A DNA stretch of 39,589 nt from Octopus bimaculoides. Lineage: Eukaryota. Positions 12,255 through 23,739 of the stretch are shown here, in pieces; position 1 is the stretch's first letter, and each line of letters opens with the position of its first letter. The notes below the pieces were generated by a model. That model made no database searches. It saw nothing but the letters and a program-made list of their open reading frames with translations, and was not told the origin of the DNA. Where the stretch lies: NCBI RefSeq assembly GCF_001194135.2, contig NC_068998.1:39520751-39560339 (forward strand). Direction: 5' to 3'. A program made the translations under genes and the position numbers.

Positions 12255-12410
12255 TAGCTGGGTGGGGAGAAACTTGCTTTTCAACCACATGTCTCACTGT
12301 GTGGCACCTTGGGCAAGTGTCTTCTACTATAGCCTTGGGTTGACCAAAGCCTTGTGAGTGGATTTGGTAGAGGGGAACTGAAAGAAGACTGTTGTGTACA
12401 TGTGTGTGTG
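12255..12410 (+). mobile_element. Family A SINE head fragment
   Basis: GGCACCTTGGGCAAGTGTCTTCTACTATAGCC...GTGAGTGGATTTGGTAGA. Confidence 0.65.
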
Positions 12411-13696
12411 TCTCAGGCAGATTAGTATCAAAAGGATTAACCTCATGTTTAGAACATAAATTATCATGGAATTTTAATGAAAGATTTTAATTCAGATCAC
12501 TTTAGCAAATTGAATTTGAATCATAGAAGCAAAGGTGGTCATGGGTAAGTTGGTATCAAAATGGTTATACTCACACCTGAAAGAGATACCCTACCTCATT
12601 TATACCAAATTCAGAGTGTTTATTGCTTTAATATTACAAATAAATAGCTCTTTGATCACCCCAAGTTTCCACAATGATTCTTTTGTCTATTACAAAAAGT
12701 TTCTTAAACACCACCAGTATGGGATTTCTCTTGTCTGTTATGTTTTTTGCTATTTTAATATTTTTGTTTCTATTCTGAATAGGAGTTTCTAATTATCTTG
12801 CTAATCTGATTTTCAAGTTTTTTTTTTTTCATGTTATCCCCACACAAATGTTATGAATGCAAAGGTTTAATTCATTCAGCTCACAACACAGTACTGCATC
12901 AATTACGAAACATTAACACATTCCAACACAACAACACATTACAGCAGCACAACAACAGTGTCATAACAATACATTAATACATTCCAGTACCACAACATTC
13001 CAGTTCCAAAAATCTCTCTCTCTCCTTTGTCAGCTATGTAACAAATCAAATTTGTTAGATGCCTCCAGGAAGGAAAGATCAACAAGCAGCAGGAGAGCCA
13101 AAGATGAAACCTCTTTGTGATTGTTTGATCTGCTAGATAGCAGCCAAATCTCCCTCAAATCACATCCCATCATCTTAAAAAAAAGAAAGCAAGACCACAC
13201 ATTAGTCCTAAATAACACCCTGACCACCAAAAGAATTTGATGGTCATGGTTGGGATGCTTTTGACCAGAAGTCTGCTTGATGTGGGTTTGACTGGAACTA
13301 AACAATAACAACAACGATAATGACATAGACAACATCATGTAGAGAAAATTAGCAAATGTTTAATTAAGAGGGTGAGAATGTTGAAAGGAGAGCAAGATGC
13401 ACAGGCATTGGATGAGTAAATTGTTTAATAGGTTAATAAATATTAGGGAAGGAGATAACCAGCACAAGGAGGCTACAACTAGTTTTAAATGGAGACGTGT
13501 TAGTTAGAAATAGACAATTGGAACAAGAGTGAAAGAGTGCTATATGTTATCATTAGAAGAACCATGCTAAAAAATGGTAAGACAAGGAAGAGTACAAATG
13601 AATAAGGAAAGGAAAAGAAGGAAGTTGAGGGGGTGGAAAATGAACATAGCAGTTTGGAAGAGACTTGACAACCTGAATGGATATGAGGAAACTTAC

Positions 13697-14713
13697 ATGG
13701 ATAACCACATCACTGGCAGGCTTGACGATTCGACTGACAAGGGGAGGAGCAGAAGAACTCTCGGATGAGTGAACAGAAGTTTTCTGTGGCTCCGATGAGG
13801 AAGATGATGGTGGTGGCATCATCTTGTTGTCTCCAGCAGTGGTAAGGGTGGCGACAATAGAATCAAGTTCAGCTGTTATTGGGCTATTCATGTCAGAATT
13901 CTTAGAAGAGGGGTTATCCAAAATATTAAGGTCTTGAGGTTTGGTTGTGTTCAGAACTGGTAGCTTAGACTTTTGTGACAATGATTCCTCATTTGCCAGA
14001 CTGATGAACGGATTCTTAGATCTTGGAAGACTTTTCTGGTTGTCTTCATTAGCAAAAGGGTTTGTAGCCCTGTTTTTGGAATTGTAAAAGGGATTTTTGG
14101 AATTTGATGTGGGAGAAGGTATCTGAGAAAATGCAGGGATTTGAGTAGAAGAGGAGCTTTGTGATGGTGCAGGGATCAGAGAAGGAGGGGAATTTTGTGA
14201 AAGAGAAGGGATTTGAGAGGGAGGGGAGCTCTGTGATGGAGCAGGGATATTGCTTGGGGGCAAGTTTTGTGAGAGCGTAGGGATCTGGGTGGGTGGCATA
14301 TTTTGTGACAGAGATGGGATCTGTGATGGCACACGCATCTGAGATTGGTTTTTGGCAATATTTTGTTGACCAGCTTTATTGACTGTCACCTGTGCTGAAG
14401 GAATCTGGGAAGGAGGAGACTTCTGCAATGGAGAAGGGATTTGAGAATTCCCAGAACGGAATGGATTCCTTCCAGTAGGCTGAGGTTCATCCACATTGCC
14501 ATTCTTGCTATTTGAGGAGAAATTAATAAGTATCTCAGCTGAAGGGGGCTTTGAGGAAATGGAAGCCCTGTCGAAATTATTGTTAGGGATGCTGGGACTG
14601 CTGGGTGGGAAAGATAATTTCCCTGCTGTGTCCTTGTGTCTTGACGCATCCTCCTGTAGTTGAGGTTTCCCCTTTTCAGAAGACAGCAAGACCCTTGTTC
14701 TTGCTGAATCCCG
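13697..14713 (-). CDS. EPB41L5: Large 339-codon Ser/Pro/Gln-rich disordered exon with NPF motifs and a 12-aa repeat
   Basis: Acceptor tttcacag|CGG, donor CAT|gtaagt, 1017 nt, phase 0 to 0. Core of ORF 13553..14725. Confidence 0.88.
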
Positions 14714-16349
14714 CTGTGAAAGCACAAGAGAAATAACTGTTTTATTTCAAAGAGAAAGCAACAACAACAACAACAACATTAAAAATAATAAAAGAATTTA
14801 AAAGATTGTGGAAACACAAAAGCACAAGAAAGCAGTGAAATGTTTATTTCTTACCTCAATACATGACAACTTCTCTAAAAACCAATAATTTACTTGGATT
14901 GTTTACCTGTGGGGGCTAAGTAAGTTTACTAAGGTTAACCCAAGAGAACCCCTATGCTACAGTAGCTCAACCAGCTAAGATAAGCAGCCAACTCTCCCTC
15001 AAATCAAACCCCTACTGCCTTAAAAAAAATGAATTCCTAGATATACAGAATAAAGGGACGGTTATAGTTATTTGATTGTTAGATATGTTGGATTGGGGTT
15101 GACTTGGGTCTAAACAAGAACAGTACAGGAAGCAGTGGCAGCACAGTGAAACTGTTGTTAAATTTGTCAGCTTGGAGTTCTGAGTTTATTTTTTGCCCAT
15201 GTGAAAACTTATCAATAACAGACTGACCACCTCTCCTGGAGATACGTCACTCATCTGCTCAATGCTGTGAAACCCAGTGGATAATTATAGACCAAAGTAG
15301 ATTATGGCAGACTATGAGGGGATTAAATAAAGTGTGTGTGTGAGTGTATATATACATATATGTGTTCTTAACTCTTGATGGTATTGTATAGTTGTGATTG
15401 TGGAATATGGTGGGTCTTATTTGTTCTAAACTAGGCAGAGCCCATCTCTCCCCAAGTCTGAACTCTCTATATATATATGCTCCTCTATCAAAGAAGTTAT
15501 TGTCACGGACTTGATGCCTTTGTTCACGGGCCTAACCAACAACAACTGTGGATAGATGAAGCTAGATCTAAAAGCTGACCTTCACTTTGAACTCATTAAC
15601 CTATTAATAGTCAGTGTCTCATTTTTGGAGCAGAGATTTTAAATCTAATATAAATAAAAACTATAAAGACTTTTGTGTTTCTTTTGTTATATAGAATAAA
15701 AATAAGTAATATAACAGGAGAAATACAATCAAAGAGTCCTTAGGAACCAAGTAAATGTTAAAATTTATAAATAATATTTGTAGTTGAAATATAATCTGTA
15801 ATGACCAGTCTAATGACTGAAACATGTAAAAGATAAGAAAAAAAAACTTACAAATTTGTAAAATTAAAGATTTTATATTTTTCTTAGTACTTGTAAATTC
15901 TCCCTTGGAACTAAAAACAGCACCCCACCAGTTATAGGCTCACCAGCCTAACAGTTCCCAATATGTAAGCTACATGCTATTAATAAGAATTAGGGAAGTG
16001 GCATACCCAGATAGCATTTACTGTTTATAGTCACCCTTGAGATATCTGAAACAGACTAAATTTTGGAAGTGTTTGAAAACTCTTAGCGGCTGTCATCAAA
16101 AGGTTTCTCCCTCATAAAACAGGACAAGGGATTTTGTTAGGCTGAATAACATGTAAATGTTACCAACCGGAATAGTTGCATCTGGTTTATGTAAACTTCT
16201 CTTCTGTCTGTGATATGTTTACACATCTTTGCATGCATGTGTATGTGTGCACATGTGCATGCACACACTAACACAAACATAGTTGTGTAAACATGCCCAG
16301 ACTATTTCCTTCAAGAAGTGTCTAAAAAACAAAAATGAAATGATTTTAC

Positions 16350-16440
16350 CTGAGGAATTTTTGATATTTTTGAATTTGTCACAAAAACTTCATTTGTTTT
16401 TTTCTGGTCAGTTCCTGTTTCAATTCTGGGAACATCAAAA
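16350..16440 (-). CDS. EPB41L5: Tail exon ((S)FDVPRIETGTDQKKTNEVFVTNSKISKIPQ)
   Basis: Acceptor cctttcag|T, donor CAG|gtaaaa, 91 nt, phase 2 to 0. Lies within ORF 16311..16538. Confidence 0.72.
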
Positions 16441-17239
16441 CTGAAAGGAGATAATAAAGACATGACTTTCCCTGACCATTTATAGCAATATATAATGGTA
16501 CGATAGATATAATAGACACGGTATAAATCTAGGAACATGTAACCCTCTTCCTAGGACACCACAGTTCTCATGAGAGAAGTTAACAGAAGCCAACACACTG
16601 TCTTTCTCCAGGCGATGGCAATTTAGTGAACATTTACAGCTCCTTCATTCATTGATTGATAGGGTATGTTTGTCTGTCTAATTAATATCAATACACTTCA
16701 TCAATAGAATCAACACCTACATCCTGTATCTATCCATTCCACTAACATCTACACTCTGCAGCTGACCATTCCCGGTGTCTATACATAGCATCACTTTATC
16801 TATCTCTCCAAACAACAAGTAAATCCTGATGAGTTGTGAAATTACAACACCATTTATTGGATTAATCTACATTCCAGACTGCTGAAAATTATCTCATTGG
16901 GCTGAATTTCACAATGATAAAATACATATGGATATGTCTATGTGTATTTATTTAGTCCAAATCAATGTTCAACTTCTGTTTTACACAACTGCAAACTGAG
17001 GATGCATTTTACTATGCAGCACCAGGAACCTCTGTTCATCGTTATCTTTGATAGGGCCTCAGTTTCACATAATGTGTCTGGGTCCATAACATCAATGTAG
17101 TTGAATGATCTTCATTGTCATATCATTTTTTTTTTTGTTGTTGGAGGTTTCGAGACTTGACTGCATTGGCAGAGTAGGGAGAAAAAATATTGATAGACAG
17201 ATATATCAATAAATAGACAAACAGATAGAAATATTAGGG

Positions 17240-17385
17240 TCAAATTTTGGCACAACTGGTATTTATTTTATCAAATGAAAGGCAAATCAGTCTCAGTGTC
17301 ATTTGAACTCAGAACGTAAAGATGGATGAAATGCTGCTAAGCATTTTTGCCTTGCATGGTAACAACTCTGCCAGCTCGCTGCCCT
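17240..17385 (-). mobile_element. Family B SINE, partial
   Basis: TTTGAACTCAGAACGTAAAG...GCTAAGCATT...CTGCCAGCTCGC. Confidence 0.6.
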
Positions 17386-17768
17386 GAGAGGGAGAGGGAG
17401 AAGGAGAAAGAGAGCTAGATAGATAGATAGTGAAGATGTAGATAGGTGGTTGGGTAGATAAATAGACAGAGGAAAATCTAGATCAATATACAAAAAAATA
17501 GACATTGGTTGATTCTTAGAGTGCTAGATTTAAAATAAAATAACCTTCATGGCAAGTAACTGTTGACTGACCCTTGTTACTGGGTGGGCTTTTTTGAATT
17601 TAAAATCTTTAATCAAATATGATGTTCATGTAACCAAGTGATCAAATTCTATCAGTGCTTAGAGGAAAAGTCTCTGTGATGGCATGATTCAAAATAACTC
17701 TTGCTGACTCATGGAATTTAGTAATAATACACAAGAAAATTCTCATCAACAATAAAAATAAATAAACA

Positions 17769-17921
17769 GGCATGGCTGTGCGGTAAGAAGCTTGTTTCTC
17801 AACCACATGGTTCTTGGTTCAGTTGCACTGCGTGGCACCTTGGGCAAGTGTCTTCTACTACAGTTTCAGAGTTGACCAAAGCCTTGTGAACAGATTTAAC
17901 AGATGGAAACTGAAACCAGTC

Positions 17922-17964
<43 letters not shown>

Positions 17965-18165
17965 TGAGTGTATGTGCTTGACAACCAGTGCTGATGTGTT
18001 TAAGTCACTGTAACTTAGTGGTTTAGCAAAAGAGACTGGTAGAATAAGTAATAGGCTTAAAAAGAAATAAGTACTGGGGTTGATTCATTTGCCTAAAAGA
18101 TTCTCCAAGGTGACACCCCAACATGGCCATAATCAAATTACTGAAACAAGTAAAAAAAAAAAAAA
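17769..18165 (+). mobile_element. Family A SINE, full length
   Basis: tRNA-like head GGCATGGCTGTGCGGTAAG with B-box-like GGTTCAGTTGC, central (TG)n and tail CTGAAACAAGT(A)n. Confidence 0.75.
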
Positions 18166-19778
18166 ATAGAGGCAATAACTCATATAGTTACCCGTTACAA
18201 CTGGATGTGGACGAAGTTGAGCTGATAGATTTGGGTTTCTTTAGCCGACTGGTTTCTTCTTGACTGCTGTAATGAGACAGTTTCAGCTCTTAATAAGGAA
18301 ATATTATACTCTACTGCCTGTATTGATTATTGTTTCTTGAGTTTTCTGTACATCAATGGGTATTCATTGATGTACATATTTACAAACACACACAGACACA
18401 CAGAGGTGGAGGTAATTTTAATAAATCAAAATTTTATGTTGTCTGGTATTTGGTATACTTATACATGCCACTGGCCAATCTGAGTTATTTCTCTTTGCTC
18501 ATTTTGGTTTAAATCATTCACATGCAAACACACACTAAAATGTTAGTTTATTCATTAGTAAACCACTGTTAAAATAAAGAACTCAAGGCCTTATACCACT
18601 GAGAATCAATAATGATAATAATAATAATGATGATGATTTCAAATTTTGGCCCAAGGCCAGTAAGTTTTGGGTTGAGGGGTAAGTCAATTACATCGACCCC
18701 AGTGCTCGACTGGTACTTATTTTAGTTGACCCTNNNNNNNNNNNNNNNNGAAAAAATTCAGACCTTGTACTTATAGGAGAAAGGATTATAAAGCAGGTGT
18801 TCTGAACATAAACATAGAATTTTGATGGAAAGTTTTAGTTTCGATCATTTTAACAATTTGTTTTATATAATTCAATTCCTAATATTTAATTATAAAAATA
18901 TGTGATTTGTTTAAATGTCTGTTGAAATACACTGTCTTTATTTCAATTAATTTTGAAAATAATGAAGAACTTAGTAAAATAATTGTTGTTATTGAGCTGG
19001 TGTTTTGAACAATAAAGCAACATGGAATTTTGACGGAAGATTTTAATTTAGAAAGCTTTAAGACGGGAGGTTTGTAAATCTAGGGATAGTATCAGGTGGG
19101 TTAGTATCAAAATAGTTAATGATATGGGACTGCAGCATGGCAGACTGTGAAGAGGTAGTAGTAGAGTTCAACTGAGCCAGTGGTACTTATGTTGATGCTG
19201 AGCGGAGGAATCCTAGAAGATCAATGGTCAGGATCACCAAGTTCTATCAAGAGAGTAACTGCAAAGCATCCATAGGGGTGGTGTCCATGGTTGTGTAATC
19301 AGCTAAAGAAAAATTCACCATGACTCAGGCTCCCAAATCAAATTCATAATAATGGAACTGGATGGCGATAGAGTCATGAGAATCCATGAAAGTAGTGTGG
19401 CTGGAGAGGGAGGGAGAGAGAGACGAACAATCATTTCCTAAGTGACAAATTCTGACCAAAAAAGAAAACAGAGATTGAAAACCAATAAAAAATGTGTCTG
19501 TAATAAATTTGAATACCAATTGCTTTACTGTCACCAATCTAGGACTGGCCATAAACAGTATGAGTGTGGTCCATGCTTCTGTCTCATTAATTAATTAATA
19601 AAAACAAAAATTGAAAAGAAAAAATATTGTGACAAAATAGGATAATTAGCAATGATGATTAATATCTCAATTAGTTTGTTAGTATTAGTTTGGAATACCA
19701 GAATAAAACTCAAAACCAAAAGCGGAATAAGAGGTATTAAGGTATTAATCTATGATTTTGGTTAGTCTAAATGATTAG

Positions 19779-19803
19779 TTGTGTGTGTGTGTGTGTGTGT
19801 GTG

Positions 19804-19849
<46 letters not shown>

Positions 19850-19876
19850 TACATGTATATATATATATACATATAT

Positions 19877-19969
<93 letters not shown>

Positions 19970-19999
19970 TACATGTATATATATATATATATATACATG

Positions 20000-20031
<32 letters not shown>

Positions 20032-20038
20032 CACACAA
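19779..20038. repeat. Compound (TG)n/(TA)n/(CA)n microsatellite, representative of many in the window
   Basis: Directly visible. Similar tracts occur at 245-480, 5045-5100, 6300-6830, 7915-8320, 11040-11095, 11750-11810 and 34740-35685, and many border N gaps. Confidence 0.95.
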
Positions 20039-20383
20039 ACCTATCACCATGGTTAGTATATGTTAAAGTATTAAAGCAGTTAATTAGTAAATCATTAGTA
20101 TTTGCATTAGTAATGAGCACAAACAGTTAATGTTGATATTGGTTAGCAACAGCAGAAGTAAAAATGTTGCTGAGAATTTTCAGCAGTTTCCACATTTTTC
20201 TGTTAATACATCTTTTTGCAAATCCATCAATCATCACTCATCATTAGTCACGTTTATCTCTGATGGTTCATTGATCTCGGATCCAACATATAAACAAGCT
20301 GATTTGAACGAGCATATGTTAATTAACGAAGCAGTTTAATTTTCAAAAAGAAGAAAGTAGTAGTAGTAGTAGTATCAATAATG

Positions 20384-20433
<50 letters not shown>

Positions 20434-20561
20434 TAATAAGTAGCATCTAAATTAGTTTGCTGAAGACTACTTGGCTGTTAATGCTATAGCTGGTTGGCTG
20501 GCTGGCTTTTCTAAGGTCTAAGGTTAACGCCAGATTTACCAAAGGGACAGTATGTAGATAC

Positions 20562-20741
20562 CTTTTCTCATTAGAGTTAGAACTGGTTGAGAAGGCATCT
20601 TCAGAATGTTCTCCCTGCAGTCCATTATCAGACATTATATTAGCACTAGAAGTTGTTGAAGAGGTTGTAGCGTCAGTAACACCATCGTTATCATTGTCAA
20701 CTTCATCATAAACATCCTCTTCATTGTTAGATATCTCAGCT
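20562..20741 (-). CDS. EPB41L5: Acidic/Ser-rich tail exon (AEISNNEEDVYDEVDNDNDGV...SSNSNEK)
   Basis: Acceptor catttcag|A, donor AAAAG|gtatct, 180 nt, phase 2 to 2, open frame. An alternative phase-0 donor is possible at 20540. Confidence 0.78.
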
Positions 20742-20922
20742 CTGAAATGAAGATCACCTCATAACATTGGTAAGAAATACTTTAATGCAAGTGCGGAGTT
20801 GTGGGACAAAAAAGAAAAAAAAAGGACAAAAAAAAATAGGGAAAAAATAGGACCAAAAAAAAAAAAAGGACAAAAAAATAGGACAAAAAATAGGACGAAA
20901 TAAAACGTACCACATTTTTTTA

Positions 20923-21082
20923 CTCCTCCTTCCCTCTTCTCTTCCTCCTCCTTCCCTCTTCTCTTCCTCCTCCTTCCCTCTTCTCTTCCTCCTCCTTCCC
21001 TCTTCTCTTCCTCCTCCTTCCCTCTTCTCTTCCTCCTCCTTCCCTCTTCTCTTCCTCCTCCTTCCCTCTTCTCTTCCTCCTC
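20923..21082. repeat. 22-bp polypyrimidine/polypurine minisatellite, 7 perfect copies
   Basis: (CTCCTCCTTCCCTCTTCTCTTC)7 followed by CTCCTC. Confidence 0.95.
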
Positions 21083-21759
21083 ATCTTTTTTTATACATTT
21101 TTTAAACATTTTTTTTTCTCATGGAAGAATTTGTATGTCCAAATCAACAAGGAACTATCTATTCTTAAAGCTCTCAATTCAAATCATTCGAGGTCTGTTG
21201 TTTGTTCAAGGAATCAAACTTATTTCTCAAACTTTGCTGAGTTGAACCCTCTCCCTTTCCCCTACGGTGTATGTGAAACACAAGGATCAATGCAAATAAG
21301 TGTGACGCATGCCAAAAGAGGGTCAACAGGTAAACTGCCACAACACTGTACAGTTAATTAAAGACCATGCAACACGTGGACCCTAAAACCACCAGCTTCA
21401 TAGAGAAGGAGGTTTGTAAATAAACATCGGCAGTGGTGGAAATCGGTATTAGAAACAAGGGGTATGGTTAAGGTCCAGAAGACTGAGGCTGAGATAGTAG
21501 GACTAGGTACTACAAGCTACCTTTCTCTTACAGTTGAAAAGTAGGGGAGTAGAGTACCATGCCCCTGTGTGCCTCATATATTTCCATCACTGAACATAGG
21601 GAAAAAAAATAAAAGATACCAAACATAAACTATGATGCACATACACAAACATACACAGATACACATGTATATACAAACATATATATATGCATACAGGGTT
21701 GGCAGTATTTAATTAATTAATTAATTAATTAATTAAAGCTGCATTAATGAGTAACTTAC

Positions 21760-21793
21760 TTGGCAGAGAATTCTGTGATAACTTCTGTTTTCA
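21760..21793 (-). CDS. EPB41L5: 34-nt micro-exon ((V)KTEVITEFSA(K))
   Basis: Acceptor tttgttccag|TG, perfect donor CAA|gtaagt. Phase 1 to 2 is exactly what bridges the neighbouring exons. Confidence 0.75.
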
Positions 21794-22687
21794 CTGGAAC
21801 AAAAGAAATTACAAGAGATTTACTTTGATAAAATTGGCAACAACAACAAAAGACAAACAGAAAAAACCCACAAAAAATAACAGCAAAAGAAACAGCAATA
21901 ACAACAAATAAGGTAGATTCTATATGGTCACTCAACATGCTAGTAATAACAGCCAAATCTCCTTTGAACTACATGCTTATTGTCTTATAAAAAGAAGCAT
22001 TGGCTAATGTTAACCAAGTTACACTATACCAGGTATGACAGAATGGTCATGGTTGGATTGGCTTTTGATCAGAGAGCTGTCTGGTCTGTTAAGACAGACC
22101 TAAGGCTAAATAATAACACCACCACCAACACCAACAAATTTCAAAGAATGCAGGAGCCAATGAAGGAGCCCTTACATGGTTAACCTGCTAGAAATAGCAG
22201 CCAAATATCTTACTACTACAGACTGAATTCATTGCCTAGTTTAACACCACCATTTGGTCCTTGGGTACCTTTAGTGGACACCACTATGTTGTAAGCATTC
22301 AGATCAGGTCTCTGGTCTGAAAATATCATTCTCCCCACTTCCTTTCTGCTACCACTCTGAGGCCCTGCGAAGGGTCATGGGCACTGCCTTCTCTGCTAAG
22401 AAAAAAAAAAAATAAATAAATAAAAGCAACAGGATGTAAATTGAAGGAGAATTGGCTGCTATTTCAAGCAGGTCAAGCAAACCATTTAGAGGTTCCATTG
22501 TTGTTTAACTTCAGGTTAACCCTGATCAGGTAGACCTGTGATCAAAAGCATTCCAATTGTCTTATGGGTATATATATAGGACTATGTTATCCAGTGTCTT
22601 TGTCTTTTTCAAAAGAATAGCATATGATTTGAAGAAAACTTGACTGCTATTTCTAGCATATTGAGGCTTTCTTCTCGGCTCAAAAAA

Positions 22688-22915
22688 CCATCATCATCAT
22701 CGTTTTAACATCCACTTTTTCAAGCTTGCATGTGTCAGATAGGATTCGCTGAGGCAGTTTTTCTATGGTCAGATGCCCTTCCAGTAGCCAACCCTCTAAT
22801 TTCCATGCAAGGTAATACTTCCCCTGTGGCTGCCAAACATGTTTTTCACAGAAGACTGGAAACAAACAGCTTTGCTTGTATGACAGTGATATTCTCTTAC
22901 AACGACCACATAATG
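22688..22915 (-). mobile_element. Family D-related variant
   Basis: (CAT)n-CGTTTTAACATCCACTTT...GATGCCCTTCC...GCAAGGTAATA. Related pieces lie near 5510-5630, 24080-24235, 25135-25320 and 33925-34090. Confidence 0.55.
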
Positions 22916-22929
22916 TTAAGTCGAGGGTA

Positions 22930-23085
22930 CACGCACACACACACACACACACATTTATGTATTTGTCAAGCTTCTCCTAGTTTCACTCTATCAAAACACC
23001 CACAAAGTTGTGGCTAACCCAGAGTTATTGTAGAAGACACTTATCCAAGGTGTTGTGCAATGGGACTGAACCTGAGACTACATTA
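22930..23085 (-). mobile_element. Family A SINE head fragment
   Basis: GTAGAAGACACTTATCCAAGGTG...GGGACTGAACC. Confidence 0.6.
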
Positions 23086-23277
23086 CTTAAAAGGTTGGTG
23101 ATGAGGACTTCTTTCATCCCACTGCTCTGTTTCATTACTTGCCATATTAACAGTGGCAACACTGTATATCATACAGCTGCCATACAATTGAACTCTCCAT
23201 AGCAAGGCTTCATTTTTGTTTGCCCATTCCCTGTTTGTTGTTAGGGCTATTAACAAAAGAAGCCAACAGTGACTAAC

Positions 23278-23472
23278 CTGTATGAGCTTGTCTTTCAAGT
23301 TGCTTAGCCTTTAAGATGTTGCACTTCATTTGGTCAGAAGGAATCGGAAGAGCTGTCTTAGCTGTTACTTTCTCCTGATTGTTTTTCATTTCGTTTATAT
23401 TGTTCATGATATGTAGCACTGGAGTGGGTTGTTCAATAGTTTTTATTTTAGAAGCAGCAATCTCTGAAGCAT
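23278..23472 (-). CDS. EPB41L5: Tail exon (DASEIAASKIKTIEQ...PIPSDQMKCNILKAKQLERQAHT)
   Basis: Acceptor cttttcag|AT, donor ACAG|gttagt, 195 nt, phase 1 to 1. Lies within ORF 23273..23509. Confidence 0.85.
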
Positions 23473-23739
23473 CTGAAAAGACAGACAGACAGTGTTTAAC
23501 TATGAACAATTATGGCTCAAATACATTTACTGTTATTTAGGAAAATAATCAATGTAATGTATAGTGCAAAAATGCAGCGTAGACATCCAAGCATCATCAC
23601 TATCTTTCCAATTCCTGCTTCATTTCACACAGAATCTTTGGTCCTCCAAAGTTGTCCCCAAAATCAGCCTAGCTTTTTTGGCTGTAAATTTTGGACTGGA
23701 AAAAAATTTGAGTATTTTGAAAAAGTTATTAGGTGCAAA

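Noticed and set aside
17085-17105. ATAACATCAATGTAGTTGA shared with ~38037-38056
   Set aside because: Probably two fragments of an old dispersed repeat. Too short and diverged to classify by eye.
20130-20310. Possible extra or alternative terminal exon (aatcag acceptor, CLYVGSEINEPSEINVTNDE*)
   Set aside because: The longest frame needs phase 1, but the upstream donors are phase 2 or 0, and the pyrimidine tract is weak.
20759-21109. ORF with repeated EEEEKREGGGREEGRRRKRRGK
   Set aside because: It translates the 22-bp minisatellite, whose period is not a multiple of 3. It has no splice support and is not needed for the gene frame.
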